NCBI RefSeq assembly: GCF_018977255.1
Contig: NW_024704742.1
Location: 62,622,001 to 62,686,000, forward strand
DNA length: 64,000 nucleotides
Source of the DNA: Callorhinchus milii
Lineage: Eukaryota
Reading direction: 5' to 3'
The translations under genes were made by a program, and so were the position numbers. The notes under the pieces are model-generated. The model worked only from the letters and a program-made list of their open reading frames with translations, did no database searches and was not told where the DNA came from. Shown one piece after another: positions 50,031 to 63,381 of the stretch; position 1 is the first letter of the stretch, and every line of letters starts with the position of its first letter.

Positions 50031-51282
50031 TGTGCCAGCAGAGTCCACAAAAAGATATACCTGTAAATGAAAATGATCAATTTATTCTGGGATTGTTGGC
50101 CAGCACACAGGGAGAATCTCCCTTCTCCTTTTGAATAGCATTGTAGGATTATCAACATCCATTTGAAATAGGGCAGATCGGACCTTGGTTTAATGCGTCA
50201 CTTGGAAAACAATGCCTCTGACACTTCCTCAGTATGATACAGGAGTGTTAACCTAGTTTATGAGCTGAAGTCTTAATTGGGTTTTTTTAAAAGAAAGGTT
50301 TAGTGTATCCAAATATTTTTATTTTTTCCTCCAGGCACATGCCTCTCTGTTCCTCATGCCTGACTCAGATTCCTCTTGCAGGAGAGCCTTTCCACGTGAG
50401 TTGGTTCCACATGAATAATGGCCAAGTTGCCATTATTCATGTGGAAGAGTTGCTAATGAGTGTCAATATTCAACTGCAGACAGGGTGTCAAAGCTGAGAT
50501 AATAATAATAAAAATAATAATCAAAAAAAGCTGAAATAAAAGAAATCTCTCTCCACCCATATGCCACACATGTATGCACAACCACCACCAACAACAACTT
50601 GCATTTACATAGCTCCGCTCACACAGGGTAACATCCCAAAGCGTTTAGTAATAATTTATTCCAGTAACAACCTGTAAAAAGTGCGAAGAGGGATCAGAAG
50701 CAGGAGCTCCGGCTGGATTCCATTACTTAACATGGGGGAGGTCGGGGCAAAATTCAGCTCCAAATGCAATCCCAGTTGAGACCACCAGTGTGGATCAGGG
50801 ATAGAGCTCCTGGTCTATTGGAGTTGTATCCACTAACCATCAAATCTGGACTAGGACCCACAACCTTCTAACCCAGAAACCTGTTTAAATATTCTAATTG
50901 GTGATACTGTTACATATTACATATTGAGATGGACAGGAAGATTTAAACTTTATAGGCATTTATTTGAATCAAGAAACCTTTCTGCATTCCTTCTCCCAAA
51001 CATCAGGCACTGAAGCTAATCATAGCACCTAAAATACTGCCCCAGCTGATACAGGCTAATTTAGCGCAGACTGGATAGACCTTTCTGGACTGTTCTCAGC
51101 TAATGACTGAGCCAATTGGGAGCTGGAAACAAATAATTAATTGAGAAGTCATAGAAGAAGTGACCTATGGTGCTAATGAACACGTGCATTGAATTCGTGA
51201 CCTGATGTTAATGAACACAGTGATTGGTCCCTGAGTGTACTGAAGGTGGACCCACTGACCCTCTTTTCAATATTACATCAAG

Positions 51283-51815
51283 GAGTCCCATAATATAGTG
51301 GTTAGCACGCTCACCTTGCAAGTGAGAAGTCCTGGGTTCAAATCCTGGGCAGGGTGAAACCTTAGTTAAGTTTTCTTACCTCACATGCTTCAGTTCTCCT
51401 AGAAGTAAGTAGGAATCCAGTTGTTTGTCAATACGTGGATTGCTTTCTGGGGGTAGTAATCCCTCAAAAAAATTGGACACTCAATCCACGACTGTTTGTG
51501 GGACACTGCTGTGCATAATTGGCTGCTGTGTTTCGCCCACAAAATCAGTCAATCCACTTTATAATATATTCTGTGAATTGCTTTGAGATGTCTCAAATAT
51601 TCAAGACTGAGATAGATAGATTTCTTATTGCAAAAGGGATTAAGGGATATGTGGATAAGGCAGGGTCAGGTTATTAGCTGGAGTTAGATAGAAGATCAGC
51701 CATGATTGAATGGCGGAGCAGGCTCGAAGGGCCGAATGGCCTACTCCTGCTCCTACATGTTATGTTATGATGTAAGGTGCTATATCAAATGCAAAGATTA
51801 TTATTATTATTATCA
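51283..51815 (+). mobile_element. SINE family A (long variant) containing a CR1-type 3' tail insertion (51597-51770)
   Basis: SINE tail interrupted by GATCAGCCATGATTGAATGGCGGAGCAGGCTCGAAGGGCCGAATGGCCTACTCCTGCTCCT. Confidence 0.85.
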
Positions 51816-52904
51816 TTAAGGAGCTAGGTTCTGGATTGGACTTCTGTATCCTGGCACTGGATTGCTGGTTACTCCAATACCAATGGAACTGAACAAAATA
51901 GCCATATCCCAGGAACAACATTGTTGCTGTTCCTATCATTGGAGTCTAATACCTTGATCTATGGACTGAAAATCCAACTAAAGAGAAGAATATCAAGGTG
52001 TTGATGGGGGAGTCTGTTTCCATTGAACCCATTGTGAAAATATATTCATTATCATAAGATTGCTATGTGATAATTAGCACCGTAGGTGTTAATTCACACA
52101 TCGCAATGTGCAACACTTTGCAATTTGCATCCCCACACTTCTTTACAAAAGTTATGTGCTTGCTTCAGGATTGTAATTCCTGCGATTTAAGATCAACAAT
52201 TTGCAGTATTGTGTCCCGAAATGCTTCCCAAATTAGATAGTCCACATGATTTGACCTACCCCTACCCTCCCTAGTCACTACCCCTCCTGATCCCAACCCA
52301 CTGTTTGGGTCAAAATCCCTGACCATCCAACGCCTTGGGACATCCTGATGTGAAAGAGCCTATAAAAATGTAATTTGTTGTTGTTGGTAGGGATTATGCA
52401 GTAATATACCAACCAACCATGTTGAATTACATTTGAAAGATGATTGAAACCCATTCAAGAGGCAGCTCATGTATATCAACAGTGTTTATAAGCGAATCAG
52501 CAGCAACTGGAAGCAAAGCCATAGTTTACATAATGTTATGGCTTTCCAAGGGCACTGCGTGCTATCAACTACACAAGTTGAGATACGGACCTTATACATG
52601 ATGTCTTTGTGTAGGAAGGAATTATATTCCCTCAATGTATGCAATGTCAACAAAATCATCACACTTGCGTACACCAATTACTCAGGCCCTACGAATGACT
52701 CCTTTATTATATCTTAAGCTTCTGTCACCAGAATGTTTAAGAGAGATAACAGCCAGGAGGGTTAACAATTCGGGTAAGGACAGATATGTAATCTAAGACA
52801 TGGCTGATGACTCCTCCACTTAAACCTCTCTGTAGATATAATGAAGCACTTAAAACCAATTATGTGGTTATCCAAAATGATTTGGCACGCTGAAATTATA
52901 GTTC

Positions 52905-55100
52905 AAACATCAAACGCCAAGTGTGAAGAGGTCCTAGACTCCTCGCCTCAAAGATTGAAAACATCCGCTTGGCTGCATCGTCCTCCCCCCAACCCCATGT
53001 CCGCTTCCACCCAAGCCATTCATACTGCATTCTCTCTATACCATGGCTCCTGCCAATATCCCCTCCTTCCATTCCTTTGGCCCCATTTCTTCCACTCAAC
53101 CACATTCGCTGCATGGAGTCCTATAGCTCAGTGGGTAAAGCAATCACCTCGCAAGCAAGCAACCTGGGTTCGATTCCCGGCAGAGCGAAATGTTGGGCAA
53201 GTTTCCTTTCCACACACCTGTGTCTACCCAGCAGTAAGTAGGAACCCGGTTGTTAGTTGCTTGGTGGATCGCTTTTCTGTCAATAATAATCCTTAGAAAA
53301 AAACAATAATAATTTGGTCACTCAATCCATGACTGTTTGTGGGACACTGCTGTGCAGAATTGGCTGCCACGATTCACCCACAAATATATAGTCAATTCAT
53401 TTTACAGTATATTCTGTGAAGCGCTTTGAGACATCTAGAAGACATGAAAAGCGCTATATCACATGCAAGGATTATTATTATTATTATGAAGTTCACCACC
53501 CGCTGCTTCGTCCCCCTCCCACCCAGCTGCTGGTCAGTCAACACCCCATCCTCTCCCCCCTGCTGGCTGACACAGTCAACCAGTCTCTCTCCTCAGGCTC
53601 TGTTCCTCTCCCTCTGAAAACCGCTGTCATCACGCCTCTCCTCAAAAATTCCCACCCTTGATCCCTCTAACATCTCACACTGCCATCCCATTTTCAATCT
53701 ACCCTTCCTTGCCAAAGTCCTGGAACGCATTGCTGTAGGTCAATTTCGGTCACACCTCTCCCTCCGCTCCCTCCTGGAGCCCATGCAGACTGGTTTTTGC
53801 CCTGCCCACAGAACAGAGAGAGCGCTTGTCAAAGCCACAAACAACATCCTCTCTATCTGTGAACAAGGCTCCCTCTGCCTCCTCATCCTATCCTTCTGGA
53901 TCTCTCTGTGTGTTCGACACAGTAAACCACACCATCCTCCTCCACCGCCTCCCCTCCCTCATTCTCCTTAGTGGGACCGCACACATATGGTTCGGGTTCT
54001 ACTTAATCAACCGCCTCCACTTCCATTTCGACAAATGTTTTTTCTTCCCGCCCCGACCACTCACCTGCAGGGTACCTCAGAGCTCCATCCTTGGCCCTCT
54101 TCTTTTTCTTATTCATATGCTCCCACTGGGCGATGTCATCCACAGACACTGGGTAAACTTCCACATGTATGCGGATGACTCACATATATCTACTTTGCCT
54201 CCTCGAGTACCAACTTCAGGTCCGTTGATGTTCTATCAGCTTGTCTGGCAGACATCAGGGCCTGGATGAGTGCAAATTTTCTGCAGCTGAACGTGGACAA
54301 GACAGAAGCCACACTTCTTGACTCCTATCAATGTCTGCAAATCTGACTGCCTAAACAATCCCAGCATCTTCCTCAGACTCACCAAACCAGTGCGCAATCT
54401 AGGCATCTGGTTCGACCCCTAGCTGTCCTTCCTTCCCCACATCTGGTCCGTGTTCAGGACCTCCTTCCTTCACCTCCGCCATTTTGGCTGCCTCTGACCA
54501 TACTTTACCCGAAATGCAGCCGAAACCCTCGTGCATGCGCTTCTCACCTCCCATCTGGATTACTCAAAATGCACTCCCCGCCGGTCTCCCCAGCTCCACT
54601 GTTCAAAAAATACAGCTCATTCAAAACTTTACTGCCCGCATACTGACCTAGACCAAACACCATACCCACACCTCATCAGTTCTGGCTAGACTCCACTGAC
54701 GCCCCATCACCGAACGGATCAACTTCAAGATCTTCACATTTGTTTTAAATCCCTTCACTCCCTGGCACATCCCTGCTTCTCCGACCTCCTCACTCCACAA
54801 TCCACCACCCGGTGCCTCTGCTCGAATGTCTCCTGCTTGTCTCTTGCACCCTCCATCCCACCATTGGAGGCTGCACATTCAGCCACTATGCCCCAAAACT
54901 CTGGTACATTCTGCCTCAATTCTTCCGCCTTGCCCCCCCTCTCCCCCTTTTGAAGTCCCACCTGAAAATCTTCCTTTTCGACCATGCTTACAGTCACCTC
55001 CCCCAGAATCAGGCTCATCCACTGTCAAGTGCTCTGTTAAATACTATTAAGCACTACCCTGCATTGAGGGTTCTCTCTAAATGCAAGTTGTTGATGTTGT
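52905..55100 (+). mobile_element. L2 LINE RT region to 3' end, interrupted by a SINE
   Basis: SNAKCEEV, GFCPAHRTERALVK, FDTVNHTILL, MYADDS and tail. Confidence 0.9.
53115..53487 (+). mobile_element. SINE family A (long variant) inserted in L2
   Basis: A box, B box GGTTCGATTCC and (ATT)n tail. Confidence 0.9.
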
Positions 55101-55631
55101 TCAGTTGCTTTCACATGCTTCTGCAAAAATGCCTATCCATTATCATGCCAAAGCAACAGCAAAGCTATAAAGGAGATAAGAAATATCCTAACAATGGAAA
55201 ATGAACAGCTACAGCAGTCCATTAATGCCACTTTACAGTATATCCTGTGAAGAGCTTTGAGACATCTCAACTATGTGCTAAGGTGCTATATCAAATGCAA
55301 GGATTATTATTAATGTTGAAAGATCTGTTTGAGGCAGAAATACAAAGCCTAACCTGGTTGGTACTCTAGTGCAGTGCTGCGAGAGCTTGTATCCAACTTC
55401 AGTAAAGTTAGATTGTGGGCAAAGGAGAGTCCCAGCATTTACCAGAGGATTAGCTGAGATTGTCACCTGAGCGGAGTCCCAATGGGTCGGTGTGAGACAG
55501 ATCCACCTCAGGCTAACTGAATGAGCGACACCAGTGTATGACTTCAAAATAGCCAATGGAAAAACATGGAGCATTTTGCTTTCCTTTCAAAAGAAAAGGT
55601 GAGATTGGTGAACAAAATTATTTTCATCTCG

Positions 55632-56000
55632 ATAATAATAATATTCCTTGCATTTAATATATCACCTTATCACATCATTGAGATGTCTCAAAGCGCTTCA
55701 CAGAATGTACTGTGAAGTGAATTGACTGTGTATTCTATGGGCGAAACAACACAGCCAATTGAGCACAGCAGTGTTCCATAAACAGTTGTGGATTGAGTGA
55801 CCAAATTATTATTTATTTTGAAGGGATTATTACTCTCAGAAAAGTGATTTGCCGATCGACTAACAGCAAGGTTCCTGCTTACTACTCGGTAAACAGAGGA
55901 GTGTGGAGTAAGGAAACTTGCCTGATGTTTCACCCTGCCTGGGAATCGAACCGAAGCCCTCCCACTTGCAAGGCGACTGCTCCAACCAATACACTTCAAG
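55632..56000 (-). mobile_element. SINE family A (long variant)
   Basis: Tail, body and head on the minus strand. Confidence 0.88.
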
Positions 56001-56841
56001 ATCACACAAGATTGTGCATGAGACTTTTTGGGGGCCTGTAGTTGCCTGAACCCATCAATACAAATCAGTCCTAGTGCGGCGATGGTGAAAAGGTCATTCT
56101 GCAAAGCTGATTTTTCTTTGCCCTGCTGGCTTCAGTCATGCTCCCTACAGGATCCAGTTTACAACACAAACTACCCATTTGTCAGTCTCTGGCCTAGAAA
56201 GCACTGGGGGGCAAATTCCTGAAAATGTCTCATAGATAATGTAATACCCATTGACTTTGTATCCATTTTAGCTGACAAAAACATGAAATTAAAAGACATT
56301 ATTTTGAGGGGGAAGGTCGGTGTTTTATCGAAGTTTAATAAGCAGTGAAAAGAAGACATTGCCAAAATAGGATTCCAAGATGAATTATCTTTTATAGCAA
56401 AATGACCAGCTCCAATCGGAAAACTCTCCCACCTGTTTGAAGGAGAATGAAAGTATCGGGGGTAATGCAGTAGTTTCAGTATAAAGCACTCCCCAGTCTA
56501 ACTCATGTGGAACCAAAAAAACTGATTGGAGATATTACAAGCCTTAGGCTGTTCTGCCTCTCCACTTAGACTTGCCATTTCAGGGCTCTCCTCTCCACAG
56601 GGATCTGCTACTGTGATATCAGCTGTGAATTCAATGGTGAACAGCTCCATAGGCATTCTCATGAGTTGCCATTCTCACCAAGCTCAGATGTTTAAAGGGG
56701 GAGATGGGGGTTAAGGTGCTCCAAGCTTGAAGAAATACCAGTTAGTATACAGAAATACTAAGCTAATTCTCAACTTCTCACATGTGAATGTTTCCTCATC
56801 ACTGTGTTTAGTTTATTTATGATTTACTGTCATGGTTACTA

Positions 56842-58820
56842 TAGTGGAAGCCGCTTAAGCCGGAACACAACAACAAAATTACATTCATATATAATGCCTT
56901 TCACGTCGGGAGGACACTTGTGTCCATGTTAAACAAAGTTCTTGCCTCTCTCAGCAGAGGAGGCGGTGGACACGTAGGGGACCAATTAGCGGTGGTTCCA
57001 GGAGGTGTCAATCACCTCGGAGCTGCTGCTAATTGGTCCCCTTCCCGTTCACCTGATGCAGTCACTGCCCCCCAGAGCCGCTTGTGAATGGACGGAGTCC
57101 GCTGCCACTCAATCACGATTTGACTCCTCCCATTTCCCATTCCATACCAATGAGGTTAACCGCCAATTGTCTATTTAGAATAATAATATCATATTTATAA
57201 ACAATAACCTTTATTTACAGTAAAGTGAAACAAGTGAAGTTATAGAAAATTTCAAGCTACGATATTTTTTATTAAAAACCTCCCTCACGTCAGAGTGCAT
57301 GATTTCATGAAGTGCGTTACACTTTTTATTAAGTCCGTTTTATGACAAAAAGTGTACTGCATCTCACAGGCCATCCAGAGCTGTGCTCGCCATTGCAGCT
57401 GGGGTGCCATCGTCACCAGAGTTGTTATCGCTGTTGTTTTCGACTCATGGGTGCTTGGCAGCCGCAGCTTCAACAATACTGATGCCGTCATCCTCTGGAG
57501 CAGAGTAGAGTAGGTCCACGTCTCGATGTCCAGGAACTCGTCAGTAATCTGACTCTCACTTTCGACCTCTGTGCTCGTCAGCCTCAGTGCAGGGAGCAGC
57601 GTCACCAATGACAAATGGTGCCTCGCGGAAACAGTTGGATTTCGTCTCAGGCTTCAGCCTCTCCAGGCCCTGGCAGCCAAGCCGATGGCATCGAGCAGAG
57701 TGATGTGACGCCACCTCTGCCACCGTTGCTTGACTGCTGATGTTGCCGTCAATGACGTCTGTCAGGCGCTTTCATAGTTCCTCGTAATAGCAATACTTCA
57801 GTTTTCATATGACCCTTTGATCCATGGGCTGGATCAAAGTGGTGTTTGGCGGAATCAACTCGAGGCAGGTGTCATCGGCATTATAGGGAGAGCAGTTCCT
57901 GCAGCTTGGTCTTACTCTAGTTATCAGTGCCCCCTCGGTCGGCGATCTTCAGCTCTCCGTGAGCGAGCTTGTACACAATGTTGTGGTAAACCTGCCAGTG
58001 GCTAAACAACCCACCAGTCACAGAGAATCCAACTTACTGAGGTCACTCATCAGGCTCTCTGTTTTTGGTTTGATGATGAACCCACTGAGCAGCAGACCCT
58101 TGACAGATGCCGTTTAGAACCACATAGAAAGGCATCTGCCTCTTTTTTTTCCTTGGCGCTTCATCTTCTTCAGGAGGCCCACATCGCCTTTTACTAAGGT
58201 GGAGTCTGTGTCGCGCAGCTTTTGCTCGTTCCCTTCCAGCACTGATTTCTTGGTGCTGAGACTTAGGAGTCTTAGGAGGCTTCTTCTTGACTCCATCTAA
58301 CATTTGAAGCTTCTGCAAGAGCGTTTGAGACATTTTCTTCAACATTTGGGTTGTTTACGATGCCTGTGCGAGAGGATGAATGCGGCCACGAGAGTTATGA
58401 CATGTGTTTGTTTTATCAAAATGGTGCACGCAGAATGATGTGTCAATCAATCACAATTTGACCCCTCCCTTCTTCATTCCATTCCTCGTTCCTTCCCCGT
58501 TCCTCCGGCGCCCCACGCCCCTCACTGATTGACAGACTGTGCATCCTCCACCTTGTGAATGGCTGCTATACACTGTCAATTTAATTCCTTTCATTCCCTT
58601 CCTTGTTTCTTTCCTGTTCCTCCCCCCCTCACTGATTGACGAGCCCAGGCCGCATGTGAATGGCTGCAGCCCACTGTCAATCAATCGCAATGTGATTCCT
58701 CCCCTCTCCATCCCGGAGCCACTTGTGGCAGAGAAACACAACGTGGGTGTGAGTTGATGCATCGGTAACCAGCGTGGCATTCTGCCCGGATTAACCACAT
58801 TTTTGTCCGATTTAACAGGC
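56842..58820 (-). mobile_element. pogo/Tigger-type DNA transposon relic (degenerate transposase)
   Basis: Minus-strand LIPPNTTLIQPMDQRVI near 57800-57860 resembles the pogo LPPNTT..IQPMDQG motif. N-terminal HTH-like pieces at 58043-58345. TA followed by TAGTGGAAGCCGCTTAAGCCGG gives a TIR-like left end. Confidence 0.8.
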
Positions 58821-58909
58821 ATATTTTAAATAAGTAAAAATACAAATGAATTGGATTACCAATTTGTTACCACACTCCTCGCTGGTCTCCCCAGCTCCAC
58901 TATTCAAAA

Positions 58910-59615
58910 GATCCAGCTTGTGGAGGGAGGTGCCGGGAAGGCCGGCGAAGAGAGAGTTCCCATAGTCCAGCCTTGAGGTGTGGACCAGAGTTTCAGCAGC
59001 GTGAGGGGTGAGGTAGTGCCATAGTCTGGCAATGTTTCGGAGGTGATGGAAGGTGGTGCCAGTTGTGGTACGGATATGAGGAAGAAAGGAGAGCTCAGGG
59101 TCGAACAGAACGCCAACGTTCCTGACTGACTTTGAGAGGTGGAGAGTGCAGCCTTGGATGCTGATGCTGTCAGCGCCTGAGGTGCGGAGGCGCTGAAGCG
59201 AACCAATCAGGAGGGCCTCAGTTTTACGCACGTTGAGCTGAAGAAAGTTGTCTCTCGTCCAGGACTCGATGTCGGACAGGCAGCTGTCAGGACATCGGTG
59301 GTCGTGGAGTTGAGGGTAGAGGAGGAAAGGTAGAGTTGGGTGTCATCCGCATACATGTGGAAGTTAACCCCATGTCTGCGGATGATGTCACCGAGGGGGA
59401 GCATATAGAGGGTGAAGAGGAGGGCACCGAGGACAGAGCCCTGAGGGACACCGCACGAGACAGTGCGGGGGGGTGGAGGAAAAGCCGTTTGTGGAAACAA
59501 ATGAAGACGGTGGGAGAGGTACGACCTAAACCATTCAAGGACAGGGCCTTGAAGGTTGAGGTGGGAGGACAAGTGGTGGAGAAGGATAGCGTGGTCGACC
59601 GTATCGAATGCTGCC
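58910..59615 (-). mobile_element. L2 LINE RT fragment, young subfamily, lacking its 3' end
   Basis: [18 protein letters not shown]; near-identical to 33761-34270. Confidence 0.95.
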
Positions 59616-59944
59616 GATAGGTCAATGCCCAGATAGAGGTAGCTAATGTCAAATAAAACCTTGACTCTGCCCTTTCAATCTATTCAGAAATGCCAATGAC
59701 TGGAAATACCCCTGAGTGCTCAATCTTGGAGAATCTGCCATTATCGTCATTTTAGTTCTCTCTCACTTTATTCTTGCTTGTCTCTGCCTTCCCTTGGCCT
59801 TTTCTGCAACACCAGCAGGACCAATCCCTTTGTCTTTAGCTTTTAACTCTTCTTGAACTTTTATATTTAACTCTTCTATTGAACCATTCGAATGACAATG
59901 GGAGTTTCTCCTGAAGTCCTGGCCAACAAGCCCCCAGTATATTA

Positions 59945-60210
59945 TTTCTGTCGCGTATTGGTTAGAGGACTCACCTCACAAGCTAGAGGACCCAGGTTCG
60001 ATTCCCGGGCAGAAGCGAAACCTTAGGCAAGTTTCCTTATTCCTCATGCCTCTATTTAGCAGTAAGTAGGAACCCAGTTGTTACTCGATTGGTGGATTGC
60101 TTTCTCGGGATAATAATCCCTCCAAAATATACAGTCATTGCACTTTCCAATAAATCCTGTGAAACTTTTTGAACCGTCTTGCTGACCTGAAAGGTGTTAA
60201 ATCAAATACT
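59945..60210 (+). mobile_element. SINE family A (long variant, internally deleted)
   Basis: B box GGTTCGATTCC and AGTAAGTAGGAACC segment. Confidence 0.8.
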
Positions 60211-61020
60211 TCAAATTCAGTGTAGAGAAATACAAAATGTTTCACATGGGGACAAAAAGTCCAGGAAGGGATTATTATTTAAATGAAAAAAAAACAATTT
60301 GTTCAGAAAATGAAAAGGACTGGGGGTGGGGGTCCTGATTGACAATAAATTGAAGCTATCACAACAGTGTAGCAGTGAGGAAGACAAACCAGATGCTGGA
60401 TTGTATTAAAAACACAATATTGAGCCGAAATAGTGGGATAATCCTGCAACTTTATAAATCATTGCTGAGACTGCACTTGGAATACTGTGTGCCGTTCTGC
60501 TTGCTGCAATACAAAAAAGATATTGCAGTGATTGAGATGATACAAAAGAGAGCACCAAGAACGATTGAGGGGATGGAGGGATTGGACTAAGAGGAGCGAT
60601 TAGGAAAACTGGGCTTGTTCACTCTGGAGAAGAGAAGCTTGAGGGGCGATATGATTGCGGTATTTAAGATTCTAAAGGGACTAGATAATGTAGACCATGA
60701 TAAATTGCTTTATCTTGTACTGAACAGTAGAATCAGAAGACATGGTCTGTGATTGAAGGGGGTTAAATTCAGAACAAATCTGCAGAAACACTACTTCAGT
60801 GAGCGAGTAGTAAATGAATGGAACAAGCTCCTTAGAGAGACAATGGAAACAGAAAGTATTGATTCTTTCAAGAACAAATTAGATAGATTTCTGTCAGAAA
60901 ATATCTTGGGATACAGTATATAGTTTGGGAACTGACATGTGCATGCAACTGCCAGGATAATGGAAGGCGAACTGGATGGACCATTGTCTTCTTTCGTCTA
61001 GCAATTCTTATGTTCTTATT
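60210..61020 (+). mobile_element. CR1 LINE 3' fragment
   Basis: LYKSLLRLHLEYCV, LGLFTLEKRSLRGDMI and TTCTTATGTTCTT tail. Confidence 0.9.
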
Positions 61021-61799
61021 TTCAAGGATTAATAGTATTTTTCTACTATAATCAATATAGAGCAGAATTAGAGACACAAACATATTGTTTTTTTAAATCA
61101 AAAATGAAAAGTAACTAAAAATGATGTTTTTTAATGAAAATAAACTCCCTATATTTTTATCCTCCCAACCTGCCCCCCTTATGATTTGCGCAGTTGGAAC
61201 CTATGAAATCCTATGTAGAGTAGGTATACACTGTCTTTGCAACGCAAGTTTATTATTGATATAAAGTCTTACAATTTACATTTATATTAAAGTTAAGCTT
61301 CCATGGAGCAAAAGAAAACCCTATTATCCACTCCTGGCAAAGTATTCAAAAACTGGGTACTTAGCCATTGTCGATTACTTACTGCTTTATTGTGGTATTA
61401 AAGTGTATTACAAATATAATGCCTCTATATATCATTTGAGACATGTTATTGGAAATGTTTCGCTAAAATTAGGTTATGGTAGAGTATTTCTTATATTGTT
61501 CGTCTTCTCTCCAGTGGACCTTTTTTAGCAAGAAGAAACAACAGTGACAATCTACTTCTATTCTCACAGTTATTATCTGCCAAACTACTGCCAAGCTGTA
61601 ATAACATTCAGACTGATGACAGAATCATTACAAATGGACCATCCTATAGTTAAAGGAAGGAAGCTCTGTAGCTGGGTTTCCATTGCTTACAGCTCATAAA
61701 CGCACTGCTCTGAAACACATTCTAGCTAGGAATTGATATGTGTGTCAGCCTAGCACAGTTCATAGCACTCTTACCAATGATTCCAAAGATCCCATGGCA

Positions 61800-62030
61800 T
61801 TTTTGGGGGTCAGCCAGGTGTCTGGCATGTGTGAAAACTTATTGCCATGCTTAAGAGTATCCAGACCAAACAGAGAATTCACATGAAAATTTCAGAGATG
61901 TTTATTGGAATGAAATGTGCACTGTTCCTGGAGGAATGCATCCTGCTTTCTAATCCTGGAAGCTATAAGGTGCAGCTTGGCAAGAGCCAAGCTTCGGGAC
62001 TCCAGAATTTGTGTTGAAAGCACTGTCAGT
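61800..62030 (-). repeat. Family U 3' part
   Basis: GTCAGCCAGGTGTC..CCATGCTTAAGAGTATCC. Confidence 0.75.
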
Positions 62031-62139
62031 GAATGAGGTGCATGCATGTTCCTTGAAGCAGCAACTCATATCCAAGTTGTGGAAGTCAGAGTGCTATTGA
62101 CTGCTATATACAATGAGTCTCATCATTCGGGCCAGCTGG

Positions 62140-62560
62140 TTACATCTAGGCTTGACCACACCAACTTCCTGCTTCCCAACTCTTCCCTCCACAAGTTGTA
62201 GATCATTCAGAACTCTGCAGCTTGTGTCCTCTTCCGCATCAGGCTTCATGACCCTATCACCCTCTACCCTCGGCTGGCTCTGGCCTATTCCACGTCCCCT
62301 GTCTTGCCCGCCCCAATATCGGTGATTGGGCATTCCGCCTCTCTGCCCCCAGCCTTTGGAACTCCATCCACTGTCCATTCCCCTTGCTCCCTCTCTTGCC
62401 TCCTTCAAAGCCCATCTCAAGATCCTCCTCTTCGACCGTGCCTTCCGTTACCCTCCTATCCCTACCTTCCCTGCCCTCCACCACTCCTGATCCCAAATTC
62501 CTGCCTGTCCAGCACTCCTGACATGAAAGGTACTATACAAATGTCATTTGTTGTTGTTGA
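62140..62560 (+). mobile_element. L2 3' fragment with internal deletion
   Basis: L2 3' motifs and (TTG)n tail. Confidence 0.85.
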
Positions 62561-63381
62561 CTTATTGATTATGGTCCAATTGTTTCTAGCACACAGCTGT
62601 TTCACTATTAACTTTCTAGGAAACAATTGTATTTCTAATTACATTTTTAAAAAATGTTTTAAAGGAACAAATAATAATCCTTGCATTTGATATAGCACCT
62701 TTTACACTGGGAGGACGACTCAAAGTACTTCAAGAGCATTTACTGTAAAGTGTACAGGTGAACGGGGCAGATTCCCAAACAGTAACGGACTCTGTAATAT
62801 AGCAGAACATGAATAGAATTTTAACTTTAACACTCTGAGTGGCTTGATCTTGATCACTCCTGACCTTGCGAGCCAAAATTTTAAATAGCCATGGTGGTTC
62901 CAGACAGGTACTGTGATGCAAAGTTATCATGATGTTTTAATGTTATCTTTCAGATTACATAATGTTTGCGCAATGCACTGGCACAAATATATTTAGTTCA
63001 TGTTCTGGGTGCTGTGACTGGGAGTTCGGTGCTCTTGATCAACAAGGCTGAGCCAAGGCTTGAAAGGACAAATACAAAATTCTCTGGACTTCAGCGCTGA
63101 ACCCTGCACTGAATACAGAGAATATTTTATTATGACAGAACAGAGCCCTCTGAGGTGGTAGATTTTAAATTTTTCGAGTTTATCTCCTGGCATTGCCGCA
63201 TCTTTGTTCATCATTATTAAAGGGAATGTTTGAAAAGAACATTGAATGCTGACATGAATTCTACAGTGAAGGATGGTTGCTTGTGGGTTAGAAATGAAAG
63301 AGCAGTTCAGTTTCTAATCAGTACTGAGTGAACTGATCTCAGCTAGTGTGGCAGCTTCATTGGCTTCAACATACGTGTTCA

